Shown in pieces: positions 9,818 through 19,847 of a stretch of DNA of 64,000 nucleotides. The notes below the pieces were generated by a model. It ran no database searches and was not told the origin of the DNA. It was given only the letters and a program-made list of their open reading frames with translations. The stretch is taken from the NCBI GenBank assembly GCA_964448725.1, contig CAYVAJ010000003.1, positions 17,867-81,866 of the forward strand. Reading direction: 5' to 3'. Position 1 is the stretch's first letter; the number at the start of each line of letters is the position of its first letter. This DNA comes from an uncultured Gammaproteobacteria bacterium. GTDB taxonomy: Bacteria; Patescibacteriota; Microgenomatia; Levybacterales; GWA1-39-11. A program made the translations under genes and the position numbers.

Positions 9818-11274
9818 ACTGTTTTTATAGGAATACTCAAATAAAAGGTTGAACCTTTTCCAACTTCACTCTCAACCCAAATTTTTCCGTTATGTCTTTT
9901 AATAATTTCTTGTGATATATATAAACCCATGCCAAGTCCTGGATAGGTTTTCTCTTTTTTATCATATACTCGAAAGAACCGCTCAAAGACTTTTTCCTTA
10001 TATTCTTCTGGAATTCCCACACCATAATCACGGACTGAAATAATCGCTTGAGACATATCTTGTGCAAGTGACACTTCAATACGGTCAGAATTAGGAGAGT
10101 ACTTTATAGCATTTGTGATAAGGTTTATGAGCACTTGTCCGATTCTTTCCTTATCTCCTATTATCATATCATTAACTGTCCCTTTGCAAATTATTCTATG
10201 TCTTTCAGAGATTGCCTGCATATTTTCAACAACTTCATATGCTAACTGTCGAAGATCCATAGTATCCTGGTTAAATTCAATTTTCCCTGTTTGGATCCGA
10301 GAGACATCAAGCAAGTCATTTATCAAAAGAGTAAGTTTATCAATCTGTGCATCCATTTTAAATAAATATTTAACAGGAGTTTTATCTGGAAGCTGATTCA
10401 AGAGTTTTATCAATACTTGCGTAAAGACTTTAACACTTGTAACTGGAGTACGGAGCTCGTGACTTGCAATACTGATAAAATCATCCTTTCTTTTCTCGAC
10501 TTCCCGTCTTTCTGTCAAATCACGCGATATAACAGAAAAACCAGAAACGTTTTTTGCCTCATCAATAATAGGGGTTATGATAGTATTAGCCCAAAATTTA
10601 CTTCCATCTTTTTTTGTTCTCAATCCTTCAAATTCAAATCTTCCATCTTCCATTGCAGAAATTAAATAAGTCCATGGCTTGCCGATTTCAATTTCATTTG
10701 GACTAAAAAAATGAGAATAATGCTTTCCCAACACTTCTTGCTGTGTATATCCTTTTGTGTTTTCAGCCCCATGGTTCCAACTGGTAACATAACCTTCTTT
10801 ATCCAGTGTATAAATTGCATAATCCTTTACTGACTCAACCACCAAACGATACCGTTCTTCGCTTCTAATCAAATCATAATTATTTACTTCAACTTTTTTT
10901 AATGCAGTGTGCATAGTTTGGCTGAGAATACTTATCAACATTCCTTCAAGTGTAAAAATAGAGAGACTTATCAGATGAGAAGGATCTTTTACCGTGAATG
11001 TATATAATGGTGAAAGGAATAAAAAATACGCAAATATTCCTGATAATACAGTCGCATATAACCCAGTCCGAAATCCGCCAATCCATGCGCTCACCACAAC
11101 TGAGACAAAAAAGAGTAAATAGGGATATTCATTTCCGTGTACTGAAACTAGTAGTAATTTTGCGAGACATGCAAGAAGACAGACAAGAGTAGCAAGCGAA
11201 TAAAGCAATAAAGGGTCGTAGGTAAATGCACGGGTATTCCACCGTGGATGTAAACGAAGATGATTCCGAAACAT
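9814..11274 (-). CDS. Membrane PAS sensor histidine kinase (DUF4118-type input)
   Basis: 4 TM segments, PAS (SWNHGAE...DGSKFW), SHELRTP H-box, HATPase. Confidence 0.95.
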   Translation of the reverse strand: MFRNHLRLHPRWNTRAFTYDPLLLYSLATLVCLLACLAKLLLVSVHGNEYPYLLFFVSVVVSAWIGGFRTGLYATVLSGIFAYFLFLSPLYTFTVKDPSHLISLSIFTLEGMLISILSQTMHTALKKVEVNNYDLIRSEERYRLVVESVKDYAIYTLDKEGYVTSWNHGAENTKGYTQQEVLGKHYSHFFSPNEIEIGKPWTYLISAMEDGRFEFEGLRTKKDGSKFWANTIITPIIDEAKNVSGFSVISRDLTERREVEKRKDDFISIASHELRTPVTSVKVFTQVLIKLLNQLPDKTPVKYLFKMDAQIDKLTLLINDLLDVSRIQTGKIEFNQDTMDLRQLAYEVVENMQAISERHRIICKGTVNDMIIGDKERIGQVLINLITNAIKYSPNSDRIEVSLAQDMSQAIISVRDYGVGIPEEYKEKVFERFFRVYDKKEKTYPGLGMGLYISQEIIKRHNGKIWVESEVGKGSTFYLSIPIKTV

Positions 11275-11351
11275 ATAAGCGCTACTTATTACTATAGAGC
11301 TCTCTATGTAATGAATCTTCGAAGATACGGTAAGAAATAGTTAAGAAGCAC

Positions 11352-12140
11352 TTATTGTTTTGCAATAAAACTGGTAAATAACATCGCACAATTATTTCCA
11401 GAACAACTCACACAGCTGTGGGTATGATTACCAAGAATTGCACTACGATGAATTGGCGAATTCATCCACCAATTTACTGCTTGTTGTTCTGTGTTTTGGG
11501 AAATCATGTTTTCAGTTATCCAATATGGAATTTCTGACTGTCTTCGTGCAATACCTGCATGCATATTACCGTTTACATATATTTCATTGTATAGCTCAGG
11601 AGCACGTGCATCTGCAATTGCACATACCCGATCATCTTTCGCAAAAGGTGCAAGACCATTTTGAGTACGGATTTGATTTACCATAGAGAAAATAACCTCA
11701 GGATTCAGTCCTCCTGTGCTCGAAGCCGGTGATACCTCAGTGTTGTACGCTACAGCAGCCTGAACTTCAACAGTAGGTGTTGGTACAGCAGCTGTTGGCG
11801 TAGGTGTCGCTTGTGCCACTGAATAACTATAAGAAAAGAGCGGTTTCTTATCAGTACCATCAGTATTTTGTGCTGGAGCAGCAAATAATTCATATGTCAT
11901 TTTTTGAGGAACTGAAGCAACAGATACAGGATCAGATATATTGCGCTTCTCAAGCGTACAAGTGCTGATGATTTTTCCACACCAAGGAGTCAAGAAAGGT
12001 CCGGAGCAGAGCGCGGCCTTAGCAGAGGAGTTTTTGTTGTTGTGGATTTTTTGCGTAGTAGCGGATGCAAAATTTTGGCTTCCGCTATAAAAAGTTAGGA
12101 TGATTGCAAGTATGCTTGCAATCACATGCTTTTTTAGCAT
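11352..12140 (-). CDS. Secreted CAP/SCP-domain protein
   Basis: Signal peptide, PT linker, VNQIRTQNGL, ENM, WMNSPIHRSAIL. Confidence 0.9.
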   Translation of the reverse strand: MLKKHVIASILAIILTFYSGSQNFASATTQKIHNNKNSSAKAALCSGPFLTPWCGKIISTCTLEKRNISDPVSVASVPQKMTYELFAAPAQNTDGTDKKPLFSYSYSVAQATPTPTAAVPTPTVEVQAAVAYNTEVSPASSTGGLNPEVIFSMVNQIRTQNGLAPFAKDDRVCAIADARAPELYNEIYVNGNMHAGIARRQSEIPYWITENMISQNTEQQAVNWWMNSPIHRSAILGNHTHSCVSCSGNNCAMLFTSFIAKQ

Positions 12141-12288
12141 ATTTTTTAAGACTTGGGGATAATACCATGTGAAAATTGCTAAGTCAAGTTTTACAAAACG
12201 CTCAAGGCTAATTATGAGTATTTTTATTACTCAATATCACTTATTTATGCTCATTTGTGAAGATTATTGAAGAAATTGGTTAAAATCA

Positions 12289-13209
12289 TTATAACCACTT
12301 TTTATAGTACAAAAAGAGAAGAGCACCAAGAGAAGCAAGCACTGTTGTAAGAGTAATAATAGAGAATGCATAGGTATATTCATCAAAAGGAACATCTACA
12401 TTCATCCCAAACAAGCTTGCTACAATAGTCGGTATTGTTAAAATAACAGTAAGTGAAGTAAATAATTTAATAATTTTATTCAAATTGTTAGTAAAAATTA
12501 CCTGATATGAATCACGAATACTTCGAATACTGCGTAGATTTACCGAACAAATATCAGCAGACTGCTTGATACCAACAAGCAAGTCCTGCACTAAATCTCC
12601 ATCTTCTTCATATAGATGGATAAATTTTCCTGACCGAATTGCTTCAAATACATTATTCATCGGGACTAATGCAGTAATATACTGATTTAATACTTCTTCA
12701 ATCTGTGCAAGCCTGATAAAGTCCTGTGTATCAATCTTCGTAAAGTCACTCGTACTACGTGAGACACTAGTACGAAGTCGTTTGATCTGTACTGTATATT
12801 CATGTGCGAGACGCAGCAGCATCCTGAGTACTACTTTTGATTTTTGAGTAGTCGCAATTGAAGTCTTCTGATCTAATAGGTAATTAATAACTCTATTTTT
12901 ATCTTTTGAGATGGTGATTAGGTATTTATCAGTTATTACAATTGTCAGAAGTTCAGTATGAAGTTCTCCGACAGACGATTCTGGGGTTCTCACATACATG
13001 AGAATTCCTTCTTCCTGTCGTTCAAGACGAGGTACTTCATAGTTATCAAGACTATCCTGAAGATCATGCATATTAAGCCCAGTAAGTTCTGCTAATTTCG
13101 CAAGATCCTGTTCAGTAGTATTTTCCACGTTGATCCAACAGCCTGCACGGACTGTATCAATTTTCTTAAATTTTCGATCTTTTATTGTTTTGAAATATAC
13201 TTCGATCAT
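12289..13209 (-). CDS. corA: CorA-family Mg2+ transporter
   Basis: C-terminal two TM helices with FGMNV signature. Confidence 0.93.
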   Translation of the reverse strand: MIEVYFKTIKDRKFKKIDTVRAGCWINVENTTEQDLAKLAELTGLNMHDLQDSLDNYEVPRLERQEEGILMYVRTPESSVGELHTELLTIVITDKYLITISKDKNRVINYLLDQKTSIATTQKSKVVLRMLLRLAHEYTVQIKRLRTSVSRSTSDFTKIDTQDFIRLAQIEEVLNQYITALVPMNNVFEAIRSGKFIHLYEEDGDLVQDLLVGIKQSADICSVNLRSIRSIRDSYQVIFTNNLNKIIKLFTSLTVILTIPTIVASLFGMNVDVPFDEYTYAFSIITLTTVLASLGALLFLYYKKWL

Positions 13210-13286
13210 AGTATCCTCCTCAATTGATTATACTGCCCCAGGTCTTCATAAAACAAGCAATTAGATTTTTTTGCTATACTGTGGAC

Positions 13287-14006
13287 ATGGAATTAACAGT
13301 ACTCACATGGAATATTTGGGGAGGGAGAAACCGTAATGCTGTTATTCAGTTTTTACAACAAAATACATGGGATATTATTGCACTACAAGAAGTTACACAA
13401 AGAGAAATAAACGGAGATGAAATTAATGATGCAGAAGAATTAGCAAAGGCACTAGCGTGTGAGTATTATTATGAACGGTCTTTTAGAACCGATAGACATA
13501 CTCCTGTATATGACCTTGGTAATGCACTTCTAAGCAGACATCCGATCAAAGACCGCAATGTATATACGCTGAGCGATATGTCTTCCTATAAAAAAAATTC
13601 TACTACTGAGCCACGTAACGCAGTTGAGATAACAATCTCAGTCAACCAAAAAGATCTCCATATTTTATCAACTCATATTGGATATGATGATTTACTCGGA
13701 GAAGGAGAGCTGCAAAAAAAACAAATAGAAGAATTATTACAACATGTACCGAAAAAAAACACCATTCTAATGGGAGATTTTAACAGTACTCCAAATAGCT
13801 CGATAGTTAAAAGGGTGACTGACCATTTTGTTCATAGTGATACTGATTTGTCAGCAAATTCATGGACAAACCTAAAAAAAACTGATAACCCACAATATAG
13901 AATAGATTATATTTTTACCACACCAGATATTACTACCCATGAATTTCATCTTGGAAAATCTGATGCTTCTGATCATCTGCCCCTCATCGCACAGGTAAAT
14001 ATTTAA
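13287..14006 (+). CDS. Endonuclease/exonuclease/phosphatase family protein
   Basis: TWNI, ALQEV, GDFN, RIDYIF and SDH motifs. Confidence 0.93.
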   Translation: MELTVLTWNIWGGRNRNAVIQFLQQNTWDIIALQEVTQREINGDEINDAEELAKALACEYYYERSFRTDRHTPVYDLGNALLSRHPIKDRNVYTLSDMSSYKKNSTTEPRNAVEITISVNQKDLHILSTHIGYDDLLGEGELQKKQIEELLQHVPKKNTILMGDFNSTPNSSIVKRVTDHFVHSDTDLSANSWTNLKKTDNPQYRIDYIFTTPDITTHEFHLGKSDASDHLPLIAQVNI

Positions 14007-14545
14007 TGTGTCCTGTGGAATTCTTCTGCTTTATCGATATCGCTACCAATATCTAATTCTTGTGGATGTTCTTCATCTTCATCAAGTCTCAGTCCTACAT
14101 TTTGCGCGTTAGCAAGTGTATCATCATCTGATGCTGGATCTGGATTTGTTGCATTCATTCCTTGTTCTCCCGCAACATGTGGAGGAGTCTCTTCATCAAG
14201 TGTTTTATTTCCTGTTGGTGTACTACCAGGTGTAGCTTGCGGGACTTCATCAGCTGCATCTGACATAAACTCATCTTTTTGCGATGGCATATCACGTGTT
14301 GCCTGATGTTTAAAGTCTGACATAGTCTGAGAAACAGGCTCTCTACTTGGAGGGGGAGTGTTAGGATCATTGGTGTCTTTGCTGACTCCTGTCATACCAG
14401 TAGTGTCATTCATCATTCCTTGGGCATTATCAGTGGGATCAAGTGGTGTCTGTCCTATCGGATGCTTACCAGGCATACTTGACTGATTTGGATTCTGAAT
14501 TGTTCTGTTCTTTCTTGTATCTGGCATAGTACTCATGGTAGTCAT
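14003..14545 (-). CDS. Acidic low-complexity hypothetical protein (stress-type)
   Basis: 180-aa D/T/P-rich ORF; the C-terminal GEQ..NPDP.SDDD..GL segment resembles DUF6335-like proteins (recollection). Confidence 0.7.
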   Translation of the reverse strand: MTTMSTMPDTRKNRTIQNPNQSSMPGKHPIGQTPLDPTDNAQGMMNDTTGMTGVSKDTNDPNTPPPSREPVSQTMSDFKHQATRDMPSQKDEFMSDAADEVPQATPGSTPTGNKTLDEETPPHVAGEQGMNATNPDPASDDDTLANAQNVGLRLDEDEEHPQELDIGSDIDKAEEFHRTH

Positions 14546-14613
14546 TGAGCGTAAGGTTATAAGAAAATGCAGGTAAGAAGCGTGTAAACATATGATTGTT
14601 TACTTCTAGAGGG

Positions 14614-15549
14614 TTAAATGACAAACTCAAATACCAGGAACAAGAAATACATTAACAAGAGTATAATACCTTCCCCTCTGGTAATTTTCCTTTCTGATCT
14701 TGCAAAGAAATAAAAGAGGGTTAATCCAATACCAGTAAAGAGAAAAACTATGTGAAAATGGTTAACAGCTGATACAGGCTTTCGATATAAGAGTGTTAAT
14801 ATACCCATAAGCAACGCATTGACTGCAGCTGATCCAAGATAATCACCAAACGCTACATCTTTCTTTCCATGAAGAACTGAACGAAGTGCAATAGAAAGCT
14901 CAGGAAGATTAGTCCCAATAGATAATACAAGAAGACCAATATAAAACGGTGCAACATTAAATATTTCTGAAAAATACAAGGTCTTCTCGACAATCATATG
15001 ACTTGAGAGAAAGACAATTGCAATTCCTCCTATCACTTTCAGAAGATCAATAAATGAATATGATTTATTTGCGAGAGCATCTGCAGACGCATCAGAAAAT
15101 ATTCCTTTTTTTGACTGAATGATAATGAGTCCTGCAATATATGCTCCTATTAAAATAAATGCTTCAAATTGTGTAATCGTCTGATCAAGCATGAACATAG
15201 ACGGCAAAATAATAACCGAAAGTGCAGTCAGCATGCGTTTCTTATCAAAATCATGTGAAAGCTTTATTCCCTTTCCAAACACTGCAAGCAACGGAATGAC
15301 AAAAAGAAACATAACAACTATTCCTCCGAGCAAATTTCCTGCAAAAATCTCAGGGTCATTGTTATTAATAGCAGTTAATCCTAGTGCAAATTCAGGAATC
15401 GAGGTAAACAATCCAAGAACAAAGAAAGACACTGCAAAGGAAGAAAGTTTCATTTTCTTAGAAAGCTTATCTGCTGATGAGACAATCAATCCGCTTCCCA
15501 TCCAAATAAAGAAGAATGAAACAAAAAACAATGTAACATTATCAAGCAT
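14614..15549 (-). CDS. Na+/Ca2+ exchanger family antiporter
   Basis: Two alpha repeats TSIPE and GTNLPE. Confidence 0.92.
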   Translation of the reverse strand: MLDNVTLFFVSFFFIWMGSGLIVSSADKLSKKMKLSSFAVSFFVLGLFTSIPEFALGLTAINNNDPEIFAGNLLGGIVVMFLFVIPLLAVFGKGIKLSHDFDKKRMLTALSVIILPSMFMLDQTITQFEAFILIGAYIAGLIIIQSKKGIFSDASADALANKSYSFIDLLKVIGGIAIVFLSSHMIVEKTLYFSEIFNVAPFYIGLLVLSIGTNLPELSIALRSVLHGKKDVAFGDYLGSAAVNALLMGILTLLYRKPVSAVNHFHIVFLFTGIGLTLFYFFARSERKITRGEGIILLLMYFLFLVFEFVI

Positions 15550-15632
15550 ATATTCATTGTAGACAAATACCGAGCAATTCCTCAAGTACTAATAATCTTG
15601 CAAAATATTTTTATCTGTTATACCATAGACAC

Positions 15633-16484
15633 TTGGGTTTTCTGAACGATATACAGCAACAATTTATTTCTTGGCTTATAACGAGCGGACCAGTAATACT
15701 TCTCATAGTTATTGTGCTTTTTATTGCACTTCGATTTGCCAAGGTTTTTATAGAGAAAATAATTAAACGAGCGATAAAATCAAAAAATCTCTCACGCTCG
15801 TCTGAAGAAAAAAGAGAGAAAACACTTATACGCATATTCGGTACTGCATTTAATGCATTCGTATTTATTGTTGCAGGAATGCTTCTATTATCGGAGATTG
15901 GTCTTGATATTGGACCACTTTTAGCAGCTGCCGGAGTAGCAGGCGTTGCAATTGGATTTGGTGCACAGTATCTTGTTCGTGATTTACTCACTGGATTTTT
16001 CATCATTATGGAAAATCAATATAGAGTAGGTGATGTTGCCTGTCTTGGTGACACTTGCGGATTTGTTGAAGATATTACTCCTCGAATTACAGTTCTGCGT
16101 GATCTTGACGGGACAGTTCATCACATTCCAAATGGAGAAATTACCAAAGCATCTAATCTCACAAAAACATATTCTAATGTGAATATCAATTTACGAGTTT
16201 CATATGCAGAAGATTTGGAGAGAGTGATAACAGTAGTAAATAGTGTTGGGGACAAGCTTGCTCGTGAGCAAAAATGGAAGGACAAAATTAGAGAAGCACC
16301 AAATTTTTTACGTGTTGATGACTTTGCTGAGTCAGCACTTATTATTAAAATTCTTGGAAAAACAGAACCACTCAAGCAATGGGAAGTAGCCGGTGAGTAC
16401 CGAAAACGACTCAAGATTGCATTTGATAAAGAAAAAATTGAGATTCCGCTTCCTCAACATGTCGTACATATGGCAAAATCCTAA
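15633..16484 (+). CDS. MscS mechanosensitive channel
   Basis: AGVAGVAIGFGAQ..V.D, VGD, IPNG motifs. Confidence 0.95.
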   Translation: MGFLNDIQQQFISWLITSGPVILLIVIVLFIALRFAKVFIEKIIKRAIKSKNLSRSSEEKREKTLIRIFGTAFNAFVFIVAGMLLLSEIGLDIGPLLAAAGVAGVAIGFGAQYLVRDLLTGFFIIMENQYRVGDVACLGDTCGFVEDITPRITVLRDLDGTVHHIPNGEITKASNLTKTYSNVNINLRVSYAEDLERVITVVNSVGDKLAREQKWKDKIREAPNFLRVDDFAESALIIKILGKTEPLKQWEVAGEYRKRLKIAFDKEKIEIPLPQHVVHMAKS

Positions 16485-16506
16485 TGTTTGTCGATTGCGT
16501 GTATTA

Positions 16507-17256
16507 TCATCTGAAGAGTGTTCCCACAAAATAGGCAATAACAGCAGATATTCCACCGAGTACCACTATCTCACCTACTGATCGTGCGATTGCCTCTTTC
16601 GTTACTCTATATCTCAGTAACCCAAGCATCGCAAGCGCAATGAATGTTGCAATGCTTGATATATAAAAAATATTTGGATCTTCGCGAAGCAGTAGATACG
16701 GAATTATAGGAATAGAACCAAAAAACATAAATGAAAGAGTTGTTGAAAGACCAGTTAATACAGGTTTGTCTCCTTCTGGGCTTGTCATTTCAAGTTCATG
16801 ATTCATCATAAATTCCAGCCAATATTCTTCATTAGTCGCATAAATTTGTGCTACTTCACGAGCCTGTTTGTCTGAAAATCCTTTTTGTTTTAATATAAAT
16901 ATTGTTTCAGCGATCTCTGAATTTTTATTCTTTTTTATTTCTAACCGTTCTTTTTCTTTTTCCCGCCGATATACATCCTGATCTGCCCGGACAGATAAAA
17001 CATTTCCGAGCCCCATTGATACCGCATCAGCAAAGAGGTTAGCAAAGCCAAAAAGTAGCACTGCTGTAACTGATAGTGCAGCAATCGTACTGTCTCCACT
17101 TTGTGCTCCTGTAAATCCAGCTACGACTGCAAAAGTTGTCACAATTCCATCAACCCCTCCGTACACTATTTCTTTTAAATATGTTGAGAATGCAGAGAGT
17201 CTGTGTTCACGATTTACGTGCTGCTCAAACTCTTCAGTGGTAAATTCAGGGACCAT
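16507..17256 (-). CDS. VIT1/CCC1 family Fe/Mn transporter
   Basis: VYGGVDGIVTTFAVV, ADAVSMG. Confidence 0.93.
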   Translation of the reverse strand: MVPEFTTEEFEQHVNREHRLSAFSTYLKEIVYGGVDGIVTTFAVVAGFTGAQSGDSTIAALSVTAVLLFGFANLFADAVSMGLGNVLSVRADQDVYRREKEKERLEIKKNKNSEIAETIFILKQKGFSDKQAREVAQIYATNEEYWLEFMMNHELEMTSPEGDKPVLTGLSTTLSFMFFGSIPIIPYLLLREDPNIFYISSIATFIALAMLGLLRYRVTKEAIARSVGEIVVLGGISAVIAYFVGTLFR

Positions 17257-17370
17257 ACCTAATGAGTATATCAAATTAAAAATATTTTATTATATAGGTA
17301 AAACAGCCTCTATATCCCAAAAATAGTCCTTCATGGTTCAATATGCGATATCATGATAAAATACAACAAT

Positions 17371-18366
17371 ATGCTTATTGATACAGTCACAATTACACTC
17401 AAAGCAGGCAAAGGAGGAGATGGATCAGTCCATTTCTATCGTTCAGGACATAATCCAAAAGGCGGACCAGATGGAGGAAATGGCGGAAAAGGCGGAGATA
17501 TCTATATCACTGCAACCCATAACGTATCTGATCTTTCGGAATTTACCTATAAAAAAGAAATTAAAGCATTTGATGGTACTGACGGAAAAGGTAAAAAAAT
17601 GCACGGAAAAAATGGCGATGATGTTACTATTAAAATTCCACTTGGTACAACAATAACTGATCTTACAACGGGTAAAGTAATTGAACTTATACACGAAAAC
17701 AAGCCATTCCGAATCGCAAAAGGAGGAGCAGGCGGTAGAGGAAATGATGAATTTAAATCTGCAACAAATCGACAGCCGCAGTATGCAGAGCTAGGAAGGC
17801 CAGGCGAGGAGAAAGAAGTAAAACTTGTTCTCAAACTTATCGCACATATTGGACTTATCGGCAAACCAAATGCAGGAAAAAGTAGTTTGCTTGCAGCACT
17901 CACTAATGCAGAGCCTAAAATTGGTGCTTATCCTTTTACCACAATTGAACCAAATCTTGGAGTATTACAAGCATCAAAAAATATGACCGAGAGAAAATAT
18001 ATTATTGCAGACATTCCAGGACTTATTGAAGGTGCACATACTGGAAGAGGACTGGGGATTAAATTTTTGCAACATATTGAAAAGACACAGTTACTCGTAC
18101 ATTGTATAGACATTACTGAACCTGATCCAGTTGAAGCATATAGAACCATCAGAGAAGAATTTGAAGAATATAATAATGGTATCTTGCTTGAAAAAGAAGA
18201 AATTATTGTACTAACCAAGACAGATTTAGTACAAACCAATGTATATGATAAAAAAATCTCCACATTAAAGAAAATCGGAAAACAGATTTACACAGTATCG
18301 ACCTATGATCAGGAAAGCCTCTCAATCCTCACAAATGTTTTTAGACAAAAACTTTCAAAACCCTAA
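17371..18366 (+). CDS. obgE: Obg GTPase
   Basis: Gly-rich Obg domain, GKPNAGKS, YPFTT, DIPG. Confidence 0.97.
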   Translation: MLIDTVTITLKAGKGGDGSVHFYRSGHNPKGGPDGGNGGKGGDIYITATHNVSDLSEFTYKKEIKAFDGTDGKGKKMHGKNGDDVTIKIPLGTTITDLTTGKVIELIHENKPFRIAKGGAGGRGNDEFKSATNRQPQYAELGRPGEEKEVKLVLKLIAHIGLIGKPNAGKSSLLAALTNAEPKIGAYPFTTIEPNLGVLQASKNMTERKYIIADIPGLIEGAHTGRGLGIKFLQHIEKTQLLVHCIDITEPDPVEAYRTIREEFEEYNNGILLEKEEIIVLTKTDLVQTNVYDKKISTLKKIGKQIYTVSTYDQESLSILTNVFRQKLSKP

Positions 18367-18413
18367 ACCCTAAACCCTAAACCCTAAACCCTAAACCCTA
18401 AACCCTAAACCCT
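18358..18413. repeat. Perfect heptamer tandem repeat (AAACCCT)8
   Basis: Eight exact copies starting in the last codons of obgE. Confidence 0.98.
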
Positions 18414-18441
18414 ATAACAAATGCTATAATGAAGCTATTCT

Positions 18442-18936
18442 ATGCGTATTATCGGAATCGATCCTGGAATTGCACGAGTAGGATGGGGAGTAATTGAACA
18501 ACGTACCAATACCATAAAACCATTGGCATTCGACTGTCTTGAAACTTCAAAATCAGACACAACCCCAACAAGACTTCTTTCCATATATAATTTTTTATCC
18601 CAGCTTTTTACAGAATATCGCCCTGATGCACTCGCAGTAGAAGAACTATTCTTTAATTCTAATGCCAAAACTGCGTTGATAGTCGGACATGCCCGAGGTG
18701 TGGTGTTGCTTGCATCAGCAGTTCATCAGATACCAGTTATCTCGTATACTCCATTACAAGTAAAAATGGCCTTAACTGGATATGGACGCGCAGATAAATC
18801 ACAAATTGGACATATGGTAAAAACCTTGCTATATTTGAAAGCAATTCCGAAGCCTGATGATACGGCAGATGCCTTGGCAATTGCACTCACGCACGCATTC
18901 AGCAACAAGTTGCAAAACTTAAAACTGAAAACCTAA
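18442..18936 (+). CDS. ruvC: Holliday junction resolvase RuvC
   Basis: IGIDPG, EELFF, PDDTADALAIA. Confidence 0.97.
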   Translation: MRIIGIDPGIARVGWGVIEQRTNTIKPLAFDCLETSKSDTTPTRLLSIYNFLSQLFTEYRPDALAVEELFFNSNAKTALIVGHARGVVLLASAVHQIPVISYTPLQVKMALTGYGRADKSQIGHMVKTLLYLKAIPKPDDTADALAIALTHAFSNKLQNLKLKT

Positions 18937-18955
18937 AGCTATAAGCTATAAACTA
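18914..18955. repeat. Degenerate heptamer array at the ruvC/ruvA junction
   Basis: aaaactt aaaactg aaaacct aaagcta taagcta taaacta. Confidence 0.8.
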
Positions 18956-18965
18956 ATTTTAGAAT

Positions 18966-19541
18966 ATGATTGGATTTTTACGAGGACAAGTACTTTTCCG
19001 CGATGATCCGTACGTCTATATAGATGTACAAGGAGTAGGGTATAAAGTGCTTGCAACACGAGAGGTTATTACTGCAAGTAATGATCCAGAAAAAACAATA
19101 CTTATATATACCTATACCCACGTAAGAGAAGATACCTTAGAATTATTTGGATTTTTACACACAGAAGACCTCAAGTTATTTGAAAAATTTATTGCTATTT
19201 CTGGTATCGGTCCCAAAACTGCTGTACAGATTTTTTCATTTGGGAGCAGACGTGAGATTGTGGAAGCAATTATCGCAGGGAATGTTAATTTCTTTACTGC
19301 AGTTCCTCGTTTAGGAAGAAAAAATGCACAAAAAATCATCTTAGAGCTCAAAAGTAAATTTGCACAAGGCGGTGATGAACTTGCACTGCTTGATGATGCA
19401 AGCATTCATCATGATGTTGTCACTGCATTACAAAGTATGGGATTTTCCCACGGTGAGATTCAAACTGCATTAAAATCTGTTCCGCAAGATATATCGGTAG
19501 ATGAAACACTCAAACATGTACTCAAGAGTTTAGGAAAGTAA
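18966..19541 (+). CDS. ruvA: Holliday junction branch migration protein RuvA
   Basis: MIGFLRG, GVGY, HVRED, SGIGPK HhH motifs. Confidence 0.97.
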   Translation: MIGFLRGQVLFRDDPYVYIDVQGVGYKVLATREVITASNDPEKTILIYTYTHVREDTLELFGFLHTEDLKLFEKFIAISGIGPKTAVQIFSFGSRREIVEAIIAGNVNFFTAVPRLGRKNAQKIILELKSKFAQGGDELALLDDASIHHDVVTALQSMGFSHGEIQTALKSVPQDISVDETLKHVLKSLGK

Positions 19542-19550
19542 TTCTGCGAA

Positions 19551-19838
19551 ATAAGGTGTAAAGGTATAGGGTTTGTAAAGTTATAAAGTTTGTAAAGTTC
19601 ATAAAGTCGTTTTAGTTATAAAGTTTGTAAAGTTCATAAAGTTATAAAGTAAGAGGAGTTAGTATTGATTATCAATAATAAATAATCAATACCACGGTAT
19701 AAGAATTAAAGTTTCTAAAGTTCATAAAGTATAAGGAGTTATTATTGTAATCAATAATAAATAATCAATAATAAGTAATCAATATCTTTGAAAATAATAA
19801 GTAATAAATAATAAATAATAAGTAATAAATAATAAATA
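19551..19838. repeat. Mosaic of 8/9-mer (TAAAGTT core) and 7-mer (AATAATC/AATAATA/AATAAGT) tandem arrays
   Basis: Visible directly between ruvA and the ABC transporter. Confidence 0.9.
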
Positions 19839-19847
19839 GCCTCTGGC

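Noticed and set aside
18358-18413. Plant telomere contamination or a chromosome end
   Set aside because: The tract is continuous with the obgE reading frame and is followed by the ruvC promoter, and degenerate heptamer arrays occur throughout the window. Read-level confirmation is still advisable.
19551-19838. CRISPR array
   Set aside because: Short tandem units without unique spacers; no cas genes in the window.
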